From the human T2T-CHM13v2.0 reference genome, Homo sapiens: DNA of 64,000 nt. Shown one piece after another: positions 13,248 to 26,947 of the stretch (position 1 is its first letter; each line of letters begins with the position of its first letter). A program made the translations under genes and the position numbers. The stretch lies in the NCBI RefSeq assembly GCF_009914755.1, contig NC_060928.1. One strand, written 5' to 3'. Below the pieces are notes generated by a model that saw only the letters and a list, made by a program, of their open reading frames with translations, did no database searches and was not told the origin of the DNA.

Positions 13248-13883
13248 CTGCCCTAAAAGAGTTCATATTCTGAGAAAAATATGATCACATGCCCAAAGTA
13301 GGTAACAGTGCTTTAAATAAAAGATATCTTTTATCTTATCTAAATTGAGGTACCCACCTTCCACCCCCTTGTAATATCCTGATTATCAGAGTCTAGCTAT
13401 TTGCTGAAAGAAAGGGCTGGTGATTTCTCAAAGAAAGGGCTGGTGAATGAATTTATGCATAGATGTGTTTTACTTTTGGTTAAAAGACAGGTAATGAATG
13501 TATGAATGTGTGTGAGTGTGTGTATGTCTGTGTGTGTGCATGCATGGGTGTATGTAGGGTGATAATCCATATAAAATAGTTAATTTTATTAGAGACTTTG
13601 TGATATAGTGAACCCAACTGGTGCTGCTTCAAGAACCAACTGACAAAGTATGGCACAGTGGTGGCCTCACTTCTGCAGTTAAGCCCAGCCCAGCTCTAGC
13701 TCTTTGGTAGGCAGTTTGGGAATCACTGAGAGACAATCCCTACAACATCAAGATTAATTCTGTCACAGAGGGTATAAGCAGCAGCAGACGTGTCAGGAAA
13801 CTCTACAGTAAGTGACACTCAGGTATTAAACTTTTAGGAGGTCTAAGTGGAAAAACAAAGGAAGTTTACAGAGCATATATTAA

Positions 13884-14229
<346 letters not shown>

Positions 14230-17200
14230 TAAATTTGCATTATTAATGTAACTGGAATCTAGTTTGTAGACAAACTGACAGGGTTATGAAGAAGGTGATT
14301 TTTGGTTAACAGATACTTTAACTCTTCACCCAATTCAAGCTGCTATTGGTGAAGAGAAGCTTGAAGCTGCTATTGAGAAGACTTTTATCCAATAAAAGTC
14401 TTGGATTAAAAGTCCAAGACAGTAGCTCAATAATATCCAATCCAGGACTTTTATCTAACACTTTTATCCAACTTTTAATCCAATTCAAGCTGCTATTGAG
14501 AAGACTTTCCCATTAAGAGAACTGGACCGGAGAAAGGAAGATTATTCAAACAAGAAAGCAAGAGAATGCTTATTGAAAGCCGAGTAACTGGAGTATATTC
14601 TTTGATTAAAGGCAGTAGAGTTTATACTTCTTTAGGTTCATATTAATGGTATACCGTAATAACCATATCATTAGAAGGGTAAAAAGTCTTATTTCCCCCT
14701 CCACACTCCAAGACTCTGTATGCAGTAGTAATCTCTCTTCATTTTTTAAAAATGAAATTGAATGCTATGGAAAGACAAATCATTGCCACAAATTACTATG
14801 GGCAAGAAAACTGGAATATATTACAAAAATATATTTAATGGAAGCATTCTAAACTCATTGTTTCACAAGTGTCCTCAAGCTATATGTTCCCTTTAACAAA
14901 AACTAAAACAAAAAACTGTTGGTTTTGCATTATGGAAAGTGTTTATGTAAATAAGACAATCTAGAACTCCCAACAGTAGATCGATGGTCAAAAGGCCTTG
15001 GCCCAGCATCCAAAGACTGGCTAATGAATGCATAACGGTAGGTTTTTAGTGAAAATATAATGCTTACATCATATATGTATAATATTTTATAGTTCTCTAC
15101 TTTAACTTTTTAGAATAGCTGAAGAACTACTCATCCTAATCGTTTCAGCTCTCTAAGACAAATTTCCCCTCTTCATGTTGTTGAATGTGGCAGGTTCCCC
15201 TTTTAATATGAATATCGTAAGTCTGGGTTTGGCTCTAGATTAATAACTAGTCTCTGTAGATATGACCATTTTCCTCCTAAGTTTTCTACTAGACATTATA
15301 GGGGGAGATGTAAAAATCAAGACAATCGACTTAAAAAAATTATTTTCAAGTGATGCCTGTTTAAATTAAATGCTCTAATTCCACCTAACAAAGCCTTTAA
15401 TTATCAATTTTCTTGCACAGCAGCTCACTCCCATCAGACAATATGAAATCACACTCTTTAAGACAGAAGATAAACTAGAAAGCTTAACTTCTGTCTTGGT
15501 CTTCATTTCTGGGAACACTTTTACAAATCAAGATTAGCAGCCATGAACCCTAAGGCAAGTCCCTGTGGGTCAGGATTAGAGCATATTCACATTAAATTAC
15601 TTAGTATATGTTCTAACATGGCTAAGTTTCAAAAATACAGAAGGGTTATGCTTATTTGCCATATTCCCTTCAACCAAACTGAATAGGCAGTTACATAACT
15701 TGCCAGGACAAGTAGTAGAAATGAGTCAGAGACAGGACCAACCCTAGTAAAAATTGTGAATTAGGCAGTTTGACTTCAGTGCCACACCCCTTTAGTACTA
15801 CATATACTTCCTTGATCCCCTCCCTTGGTATCATCAGCCCCGAGGGCCACCCTCATACCACATACCTCTCCCCCACCAAATTCCTCTCTCTGTCTTTCAC
15901 TCATCATCGAAACTGGCTTCCCCTCTTTCCTACTTCCCCTTCGTTAATTTGAATTTGCAGCTCCAGTATCTCTCTCCTTTAGGGTTTAAAATGACAACTA
16001 ACTAATCTGATAAACCAATCCACATTAACGTGTGAAGAGAGAAAGCTAGAAAATAAAGTGAATTTTAACTATGACTTTCTAAAGATAAAACCTTTGCAGT
16101 TTAACTCATTAATAACTAAAAGTGAGAATTTCTAGCCAAAAAATTTAGGTGAGGGAAATGTTTTGGTTCGGGTAGAGCCTTGAAGCACCTGGAAAATCAA
16201 GTAAGAATAGATGGTTGCTTTTATGGTGTAGCCAGCTCTAATAAGTGTAACTGACTAGCCCTGGTCAGTTTGGGGCCAGTAGGGGAAAACGGGAAATAAG
16301 CTAAATATACAAAAGAAGTTCATTTGCAAAGAAAAGTGGAAGTTACAGGAGCACCACAATTAAATTTTTCTGTCTTAGTATTTCATAGATCTAGCGAGTC
16401 CTGGTGCCTGTAAATATTTTCCAAAGTTTCTCTTCAGAACGAAAAAATTAAGTCCAAAAATTATCTCAAGCCTAAAATATCCAGCAATTCCAAAAACCTG
16501 TAAAGCTTTTTGTTGTTTGGCTTTAAAAAATAGTGGCCTAAAGCTTACAGTTTTCATGCATATATTGTATTTGCTCCTGCTGAATATTGAAAAAACATTA
16601 CAGGCTATCATGTGTGGAACATATTCGCTATTCTTATTTCCTTCACTTTACAAATGAGGAAGATACTCAAAGAAGTTAAGTGGCTTGCCAAGATTTGTAC
16701 TTAGGTTTTCTGAGTGCAAACGCTGTGTTCTTTTCAATGTACTTTGTCCCAGTGTTTAGTTATCTCTGTCATTTCTGTCATGTGACTCTGCATCCTAGGG
16801 GAATTCTCAAATTTTAAAGAGCGTTCAGCTACTACCAAAAGAAAATAACTTTTGTATTCAATGGACCTGAAGGTAATTCTAGTCCTATCTGGTTTCTATC
16901 ACTGCATTTTTTTTCCCCAGCTAATTCTTGGTTCACTTGGAAGTGTTAGTATTGCCTCACAAAGTCTTCCTTAAGCACTGTCAGAATTTGTGCTTCAATT
17001 ATCTGCTCATGTTTTAGTGGATTACTTATCTTGCTTCTGCTTCTCACCTGGGCAACGTTCCCATCACAGCTCTTACTCTGTAAGCAAGAAAGGATAATAT
17101 GCTCCTGGGCTTAAAGTAGGGAAAAACACTAACATAGTTGGTACAAGCCAGAATGCAAATATTTCACATTGAGATGAACACAAGAAGCCAGCTGGGAAAA

Positions 17201-17354
17201 CATTGCTATTTACAGATTTAGATTAGCCCAGAATTCATTTCAGCCTTTGAGGTAAAAGGTGGCATTTAAAAATCACTGGCATTTAAAACACACACTCTTA
17301 ACACTTTGGAGAGATATAGACCCCTTTGTGAATTTGTCAAAAAATTATGGATGA

Positions 17355-17526
17355 AGCTGGGTGTGGCAATGCGTGCCTCTAGTCCCAGCTACTTGGTAGG
17401 CTGAGGCTGTAGATTCACTTGAGCCCAGGAGTTTGAGGCCGCTGTGTAGTATGGCTGTGCCTGTGAATAGCCACTGCACTCCAGCCTGAGCAAGAGAGCA
17501 AGACCCATCTTTTAAAAGGAGAAAAA
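17355..17526 (+). mobile_element. FAM (fossil Alu monomer)
   Basis: Contains 7SL-like GCCTGTGAATAGCCACTGCACTCC; near-TSD AAAAA(T/G)TATGGA. Confidence 0.85.
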
Positions 17527-17569
17527 AAGTATGGACATTTTCCCTAGAAAAAAGCACAATCACACATAC

Positions 17570-17683
17570 CTGGAATACAGTCTGGGGGCTCCATTATGTG
17601 GTTGTCCATGGGTCCAACATAAAATACTGGAATACAGTCTGGGGGCTCCATTATGTGGTTGTTCATGGGTCCAACATAAAATA
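17570..17683. repeat. 57-bp tandem duplication, 1 mismatch
   Basis: CTGGAATACAGTCTGGGGGCTCCATTATGTGG... at 17570 and 17627. Confidence 0.95.
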
Positions 17684-18841
17684 TTCTTGAGTTAGAGTGT
17701 GTCATGAGTACGGTCCCAAAGTGATGAACAACCCATATGCCACTTAAAGGCCAATATTTATTATGGCCAGCTTTCTAATTTCCTTAGTAGTAGCAGCAAT
17801 AAATGATGTGGATCTTTTATAACAAAAGTAACATATGGTTGTAAAGATTTTTTTTAATTTCAGAAATGCAATGTTTTCCGTAATTATAATCCTCAAACAG
17901 TTAACAGAAAAATATCTCCATATATATTTATAGATATAGGTATTTTTAAACAGAAATCAGATCATACTATATGGCAACTTGATTCTGTTGCTAGATCATA
18001 TATATTGGTTTACCAGAGTTTAATCATTCTGTTAGCATGGACATTTATTTTGTTTTTGATTTTATAACTATCAACAATAAGGCAATGAATATCCTTGATC
18101 ACATATCTGGTCATGTATATAAATATATGTAGGATAAATTTCTGAAGTAGAATAAATTAAAGGATACAAACATAAATTGTGAAAGACATTGAAATTGTAC
18201 TTCCAAATGGAATAAACTAACCTATGATCTTTCTATTACTTACAGAAACTTTTTATTATATTTTATGTAGTAAAATGTACAAATTATTTTAAGTTTTTGG
18301 TTTTTATCACGTGTAGAAACAAGACTCAAATGCTCTAAATAAATTCACTCATACCTCCTTCTAGTATGTTATGACTCAGATTTTTATATGGAAATCTAAA
18401 TGTTATTAAACAGAAAAGAGCTTAAGGGTAGATCCTAGAACATACAGGAATTTGAATATGATACAGAGAGGATTTCGTTTCTGTGGGGGGAAAGCTGAAT
18501 TATTAGGTAAAGATGTGGGGACAAAGGGGTCGCTGCTGCTACCACCAAAATAAATTCCATATGGATGAAAGAATAAAATGTGAAAAACAAAGCCATAAAA
18601 ATTTTAAAAGAAAATATGGGAGAATATTTTTGGTAACAGAAAAAAAAATGGCTTTTAAGCAGAGAAAAATATCCTCAAATAGAATAGAAAATTATAACTG
18701 TAATGAGATATCATTTTACATCTATTAGACTGGGAAAGATAAAAACAGTTTGATAATGCTGTATTGGTGAAGATGTGGGGAAACACAGTATGCTATCAAA
18801 CTTTCCGTCTTTGTTAGGATGACTGGAACTTGTACCACTTA

Positions 18842-19202
<361 letters not shown>

Positions 19203-19284
19203 CTAGCAATTTTACTTCTAGAAGCTAAACCTACAGATGTACACCACATGTAAGCCAGAATCGTTTACAAAGAGATATATTTCA

Positions 19285-19651
<367 letters not shown>

Positions 19652-19986
19652 TCAATATACTAGATGAGTAATATCCTTTGGAAAAGGATATTTAGGTGTG
19701 TGTGTCTGAAAAGATACACAAGAAATAACTAGGTTTCTCAACACCGTAACCTGAATGATACACATCATCCCGCCCTTTGCCTGTACCTAGTTGACTGCTT
19801 GAGCCTGCTGCTAATCATTCTAATTTATACTTTATTTTAATATTTTTTATGTAACTCCCACTCATTTATTTTCTTTTTAAGACTCTTCTTATTTTTGAAT
19901 GGCACTCTTCCAAATGAATTTTTAAATCATTTTATCAAATTCCTAAAAGTATCCTGTTGGACATTTGATTAGAATTATACTGGATA

Positions 19987-20297
19987 GGCTGGGTGTGGTG
20001 GGTCACACCTGTAATCCCAGCAATTTGGGAGGCCAAGGAGGGAGGATTGCTTGAGCCCAGGAGTTTGAGACTAATCTGGGCAACATAGCAAGACCCCTCT
20101 CTACAAAACTTTTTTAAAAAATTAGCTGGGCATGGTGGTGTGCACCTGTAGTCCTAGCTACTTGGGAGGCTGAGGCAGGAGGATAGCTTGAGCATAGGAG
20201 GTTGAGGCTGCAGTGAGCTGTGACCACACTACTACACTCCAGCCTGGGTAACAGAGCAAGACCGTGTCTCAAAAAAAAACAACAATAAAAAACCCAA
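19987..20297 (+). mobile_element. AluJ with TSD AATTATACTGGATA
   Basis: Dimer flanked by a direct repeat. Confidence 0.92.
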
Positions 20298-20574
20298 AAA
20301 ATTATACTGGATATATAACTTACTTTTAAAAGATAATTATACATTCTTTCAACCTTGGTATTTAATTTAAAAGAAGATTGCTTTTTTATTTCAAACATTG
20401 TTATTTCTCATAAGTCTGTCATGATTCTAAAATTTTTTTTAGAGAAGGGATCTTGCTGTGTTGCCCAAGCTAGCATGCAGTGGCTAATCATAGGCACAAT
20501 CATAGTCCACTACAAATTATATCATTTTTAAAGTATGTCTTATAACTTTTGTTTATATTTTACATTATGTATGT

Positions 20575-20709
20575 ATTTATTTTTTTTAAATAAAGATGGG
20601 GTCTTGCTATGTTACCCAGGCTGGTCTTGAATTCCCAGGCTCAAACAGCCCTCCTGCCTTGGCCTTCTAAAGTGCTAGGATTACAGGCGTGAGCCACCAT
20701 GCCCAGCCA
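20575..20709 (-). mobile_element. FLAM-type Alu monomer (a FAM fragment lies at ~20432-20515)
   Basis: Single antisense arm with T-rich tail. Confidence 0.8.
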
Positions 20710-20816
20710 GTTTTATAAATTTATTTTAGTGTTTATTTTTAGCTACTTAAATTTCTGTGGCTACTGTAAGTGGGATGGATTCTTTTTATATTGTATTTTC
20801 AAATTGGTTATGATAA

Positions 20817-21155
<339 letters not shown>

Positions 21156-23596
21156 ACCCCCCGTATGTTAATTTTATAACTAGTTATCTTAATTTATCTT
21201 TTATTGCCTCTAAAAGCTTTTCAGTTGATGCTTTGGAGTTTTCATATTATTTGCAAACAAATGACAACCCTGACTTATTTACAGTACTTAATTTCTTATT
21301 TCTATTTTATATCTAATTGCATTGGCTATCGTTTCTATTGTTACAATGTGATGGTGAACATTCTTGCCTTGTACTTGACTTCAATAGGAATAATTACGAT
21401 GTTATGTTATAAAGGAAGTGGCTGGCTTTAGTATAACATATATATATATTTAAATTATTACAAATTCTAATTTTTATTGGGAATGATGCTGGACTTTACA
21501 AAATCCTTTTCAGCATCAACTGAGATCCTCATAATGTTTTCCTCCTTTGACTTACTAATATAATCAAGCATATGAGAAAATTTTCTGTTATTGAACTATT
21601 GCCATAACTATACACATGAAATAATTTCTCTTAATTTTGTTATATTATTTGTAATGTAGTGCTGGGTTCCATTTGTTAGTATTGACTTTTACATTATATC
21701 CAAAAGGAATTTAACCTGTAGATTTCCCTTGTGTGTACTTTTTAACAGATTGTATTTTAAAACCAGTCTTTCAGCTCATCCAAAACAGAGGGATTACTGG
21801 TGAAAATGCCTTGAGGGCAACCACCTGAAATGGCCTTAATAAAAAAAAAAACACGAAGAAGAAAAAGAAAAGGAAAAAAGCTAACAACACTGTGGTTTGT
21901 CTACTTTTGCGGAAATTTACAACACTATACTTGCTATACCTTCTTTCTGATGTGAATCCACAAGCTATTGCAGCCATTAATTAAGGATATTGCTTTTCTT
22001 TCCAATAAATACATGAACTTTCTTTCAGAGGCAAACAGAGACAGATGTTTCATGAAAGTTTCTGTTCTTCCCAACCTGCCTTTCCTACCTCCCTGATAGA
22101 TGATCCAGAACATTTAAAAATGGGGGAAGAACTGAGAAAAGGGCTCCAATCATCCACTTGTGTTTCCCATCCAAGGAGCCTGGCCTGTTATTTACTTTCA
22201 CCACTTATCCCTGCTGCTGCTGTTTAGTTTTTGTTGTTCCCCTCAACTGACTTTCCTCATCTTTGCTGCATTCATCAAAGCCCAGTGTAAATTCCCCTCT
22301 TCCATAAACTGAGGAATCCAGCCCATTTTACATAGCAAACTTTCTCTTAGCTGCTACCTACTCAAAGTTTGGCTGCACATTTTAGCTATAATTGTTCTCA
22401 AATTGTTTCAAGAGTGCTAGTTTTCTTTCTTAGGCTCCAGGTTAGCTCCTTGGGAGCGGGGACTTAGCTTAAAATCCTGCTGTGTATTTTCCGTTGTGTT
22501 TAGCCCTATGAGTAATCACATTCAATGCATACTTGTAAGGCATATTTGACTGAAGATATCTATCATAGTTATTCATTTAGTAAATGATATAATGAAAACT
22601 CAAGTGCTCGCCAAAGATAAATCATTACTATTAATTCCCTCATTCATCATACATGTATGGCAGCCTCAGGGGCTAGGGAACCTAGGATTGCTGCTTTGAC
22701 TTTTTTTGGGGAAGCCAAATAAGCCTCAGATCTCTCCACTTTGGAGCCAGCCATGAAATTCAGATTTACCTAGGGCTCAACATTAAGGGTCTCAGACTAA
22801 ATTTATCTTCAGGTACCCTTTCCAGAGTGGACCAGTTTACCTTATACCTCTGAGAATAACCCAAAACTTTCAAAACTCAAATCACAGGATATTATTTGTT
22901 CATGAATTCAGCAAGACTCTCTTGTTTAACTATTGAAACTCAAATATTTCGGCTTGCAGCAAGGAGGGGTACAGCTGTCTGGATATACCTTGGCCAAATT
23001 TCAGTGTATATAGAAAAGTGGGAGGTTATCGACTATGTTAAACCTTTTCCTTAAATTTTCAAACTTCGGGATTATTTTAGTCTCATAGATAAAATAACAA
23101 GGCAAGTATTTACAAACTTTTTTCAAAAATATGAGAATTTCAGTTTTCCCTAGGGCATTTGGCGTTGTGCTGTCACCACACTTTTGAAGATAGCTTTACA
23201 ACCGTGGGAAAACTCACCGGGCTTTTTTCGTTGACCCCGCCATTTCTAAGTTGCTATATTGCTGCAAGGAGCTGGCAAAGCCATGCTCTTCCTCTCCCCC
23301 ATTCTCCTCTTCCTTTCAAAGACCAAAGCGCCCCGTGAGAATATAGAAACAAGGCTGAGAGGCAGCGAAGAGTAAGGGAGGAGCCAGCACTTACGCATTT
23401 TTCACTCTCCTCCTCACTCCCTAGGGTCATAGTTTTGATTCTGAAGTTAGAAGTGTGGGGGTCGTCGGCTGCATTTTCAACTTGGCCTAAAAGTTGGAGT
23501 TCACCACACTGCAGGCGCTAGGAACTCTGCCGCTCGGTCACCAACCTGAGCCTCTGGCTAGTCCGAAGAACGCGAAAAGCCAGGCCCAAGGCACTG

Positions 23597-23634
23597 GTTG
23601 TCATGGCAACCGGGGCGCTGGTCTCCCTGGCGAC
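23597..23634. promoter_or_regulatory. Tandem RFX X-boxes
   Basis: GTTGTCATGGCAAC (23597-23610) is near-perfect; GTCTCCCTGGCGAC (23621-23634) is a variant. Confidence 0.75.
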
Positions 23635-23840
23635 CTCGTCCCTAGGGAGGAGGTGGAGCTGGATGCCAGGCGGGCCAATGAGGTCGAGGGGAGCTCGGGG
23701 TGGGAGATCTGCGGTCCTCCCAGTGCCGGGGAATGGTTGAGTGACAGGACCGGGGGGGCGGAGCCGGCGCGGCTGCCCGAGGTGGAGCCCCAGTGGTGCG
23801 AGTAGCTCCAGCGGCCACGCTGAGGCGAGGGTGACACACC

Positions 23841-23936
23841 ATGCTCACGGCCCCTGGAGACCGTCGTGCTGGCGAGCCGTGCTCCGTAGCTCCCCGGTCC
23901 GCCTCGGCAGCGGTCAGAGTCGCCTACAGGAGTTGA
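23841..23936 (+). CDS. Candidate uORF1, 31 aa (MLTAPGDRRAGEPCSVAPRSASAAVRVAYRS)
   Basis: ACACC-ATG-C context with A at -3, TGA at 23934-23936, inside exon 1. Confidence 0.4.
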   Translation: MLTAPGDRRAGEPCSVAPRSASAAVRVAYRS

Positions 23937-24084
23937 GCCGCCCGCGCCAGAAGGTTTTGGCGAAGCTCTTGGAGAGGCGTCGAGCACAGTAGGGCGGCGG
24001 GGGTGCGTTGAGCGCTCGGGGGTCAGGCAGTCGGCCGGGATCGCCGCTGGGGAGCGTTTCCGAGGCGAGGAGGAGGAGGAGGAG

Positions 24085-24249
24085 ATGCTGCTCCTCTTCT
24101 CCCCCTCCCCAGGCTCCTTCTACAGCTCCTTCAGCCCACGCCCGCAGCCGCTTGTGGGAGAAGTGGTGGTGGCTCTCGGCGCCCGCGGCGGCTGCCGGCG
24201 GCCCGCCCCGACGCCGCGTCCCTGCAGCCCTCGCCCGGCGCTCCAGTAG
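24085..24249 (+). CDS. Candidate uORF2, 54 aa (MLLLFSPSPGSFYSSFSPRPQPLVGEVVVALGARGGCRRPAPTPRPCSPRPALQ)
   Basis: ATG directly after (GAG)6; TAG ends 25 nt before the splice donor. Confidence 0.4.
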   Translation: MLLLFSPSPGSFYSSFSPRPQPLVGEVVVALGARGGCRRPAPTPRPCSPRPALQ

Positions 24250-26718
24250 CAGGACCCGGTCTCGGGACCAGCCGGTAAGGACGAGAGCCGCCCTGGGCTC
24301 TGCGCTGCATGTGCAGAAGTGCAAAACAAAGTACATTGCGCTCGTTCTCTTCCTCCTCTCTCTGCTTTCGCTCCAGTCCCTAAACCCAACTCCTCGGTTG
24401 CCCTGGTAGAAGGAACTTTTCTTTGGTTTTGGTGGTGGGTGTTTTTGTACGTTAGAGTGGGGGTGGGGTGACTGGAGTGGGGAAGAATGAGATGAAACTC
24501 CATTGCTAATTAGGTAGATCCATCTCCTCTGCGGAAGAAAGCCGGATTCTCGGGAATGAAACCCACAGGGGGAGTAAGAGATTGTGGGGTAATAGGGAGT
24601 GACATTGCCCCGTCGTGCTTGCACAGCTCCGCTCTGTGCGTGCTTAAGGGAAGGGCTCCCGGAGTCTGTTTCTAATTTCTGCAAATGATTGTGGAGATGG
24701 TGTGGTTAGAGGCCGCCCAGAAGAATGTGTGTGTAAGGGCTCGAGAAGGGGGTGGGATGGCGGGGAAGCAGAGGAAGAGGGGGCAGAGGGAGAGACACTG
24801 TCTGATGCAAGGTCTTTTATTGCTTTTCTTCTGCTTGCTAAAGTTAACACTCTACCCTCCGGCCCCCTAGCCCCACCGCTTTGCTCATTACGTGATACTG
24901 TAAGAGCAGACAGCTGGGAAGCTAAAGTTAAACCAAAGTCAAGAAAATTCTTACAAAGTTTAATTTCCTTCTGTTGTGAATATAATGGAGAGAGGAGGAT
25001 GGGGAGAAATATCACTAAGAGATTTACAGCAATACAGTTTTCATTGGCCATACACGTATATGATCGACACCACCGCACACTTCCAACTAATCTGTTCGAC
25101 AGCCTTGTGTCATTTTCATTTAATTGCATCTTTGAAACAACAAACGCGGTGACTTCATAGGGAGCTGCCTGGAGCTGAGCTCCCTCGCAGAAAATGGGGC
25201 AATCGGGTTTGTTTTCAAGGCAGGACCTGAACAAAATGTAGGACACCTGATCTGTGGGATGAAGGGCGCTGGTAACTAATTATAAATTTTAAGATTTTAA
25301 AATTTATATCTAGAAAGTTTACTAAAGGATGGGGGGGGGAGTAAAAGTGCATGTATTATGAAACAAGCTTAGGTATTTTCCTAAAGTCTTCATGACTGTG
25401 TTGGCAGGGTCCAGGTGAAAACTTGCTTCATGCTCATTGGCTGCTTGTAGTGGTGCCAATATACAAATTATTTCTCGTTTTAATATCACTAGGAGCATTT
25501 GTTAGTAAATTCATACATATATTGATTTAGTAAATTTATACAGAGGCGCACTGACTGACGTCCAATCTTGTTTATTATACTTTGTTCATAACATTGTGTT
25601 CTACTTGATGTTCTAGAGGCTTTGTGGGAGTATGTGTGGGGAGAGGATAGGATGGAAATTAGAACTAAAAACAGAAAAATATTTGAGGTTAGTTGTTAAG
25701 AAAAGGACTGATTTCATAGTGTTTTTCACTTTTACAATTAGAGAATGATAGCTTGCTTTACCATTATGTAGGTTTATCTTTGAATTTGCATTTGTCCCAC
25801 CATTTTTACTTGCATGTAAAGCCTAGTTATATTTTGGAGGGTGATTACCAGCATCCAAAAATATAAATGGCTTTTCATGTCACAAGTAACATACACGCAC
25901 ACCATTAAAACCAGTGTCAATTTAAAAGTCAGATTTTAATTCTATGATGGGGTCACGTTATAAAACTTAGGTCATCTTTTTGTTGTTGTTTTTGAGGGCT
26001 GCCTCCTAAATACGGTATGTGAATGTGAGAATTAGCTAATCATTTGTTTTGGAGTAGATAATATAAATGATAGGTGTTCATCTTTAAATGAATGAAATTT
26101 ATGTATTCTTTGTTATTGAGAAAAACGGGTGTTGATTTGTTCTGTCTTTAATGTGTTAAGGATTGGATGGGGAAGTGTTGTAGCTTCTCCCGTATCAATG
26201 GGGTGTATATTTTTCCAGCTCATCTTAGTGCCCAGCCCCAAATGTACTGGAGAGAAGGACTGTAAGGGATAAACTATTACTTCTTTTTTTTCCTCTTCAC
26301 CCTCTTCTTTTGACAGAGGGTGTAATTTTTAAATAAACCCCAAAACATTTTTATGCATAATTAAATTATAATTAACACCATTTGAAATGAAAAAGAAACA
26401 CAACCATACTCCAAGCCAGTGCATTTAGTAGTTACTCCTGTCAACATATTCTTGTTTTGGAATATGCTTTGGGAGAACTCTGTGTAGTTCAAAGTATTCT
26501 CCTGTTTGCCTCTGATGCAACCAAGTACGACTCATTTGAGTTAATATCACTTTACAAGGTAGGGGCCTGAGAAAGGAGAAAAGATAATGGGCCTTAGGAT
26601 AGAAGAATCAGTGCTGATGGAAATGACGAGAATCTTTTGGGCTGGGCTTCCTTTTTTTTTTTTTTTCCCTGAAAAACTCTCTTTTAATTTGAAAATTAAA
26701 ATGGGTCAAATAACTTAG

Positions 26719-26947
<229 letters not shown>

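Larger units (their letters stand above)
23521..24274 (+). other. PTPN4: Non-coding first exon (5'UTR), probably PTPN4 exon 1; TSS uncertain (~23520-23810)
   Basis: Donor CCG|GTAAGG at 24274/24275 at the island edge. Gene identity rests on recall: PTPN4 has a long GC-rich non-coding exon 1 and a ~50-kb intron 1, consistent with no coding exon in the remaining 40 kb. Not database-verified. Confidence 0.6.
23460..24350. promoter_or_regulatory. CpG-island promoter
   Basis: Dense non-repeat CpGs and high GC; CCAAT at 23675-23679; GC box GGGGGCGGAG near 23754-23763; no TATA box. Confidence 0.95.

Noticed and set aside
13407-13447. 17-bp direct repeat AAAGAAAGGGCTGGTGA
   Set aside because: Ordinary micro-duplication.
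14330-14510. CRISPR-like repeat-spacer appearance
   Set aside because: Eukaryotic context, irregular unit lengths and spacers derived from the repeats themselves.
24458-24482. G-rich tract as a G-quadruplex
   Set aside because: Only three long G-runs; typical of first-intron 5' ends.
23914-24684. 256-aa minus-strand ORF and other ORFs over the CpG island (23494-24503)
   Set aside because: Low-complexity R/G/A/P translations expected from stop-poor GC-rich DNA; many use non-ATG starts; no domain recognised.
24644-25246. Overlapping 200-aa (-) and 152-aa (+) ORFs in early intron 1
   Set aside because: Non-ATG starts, no recognisable homology and no supporting splice structure.
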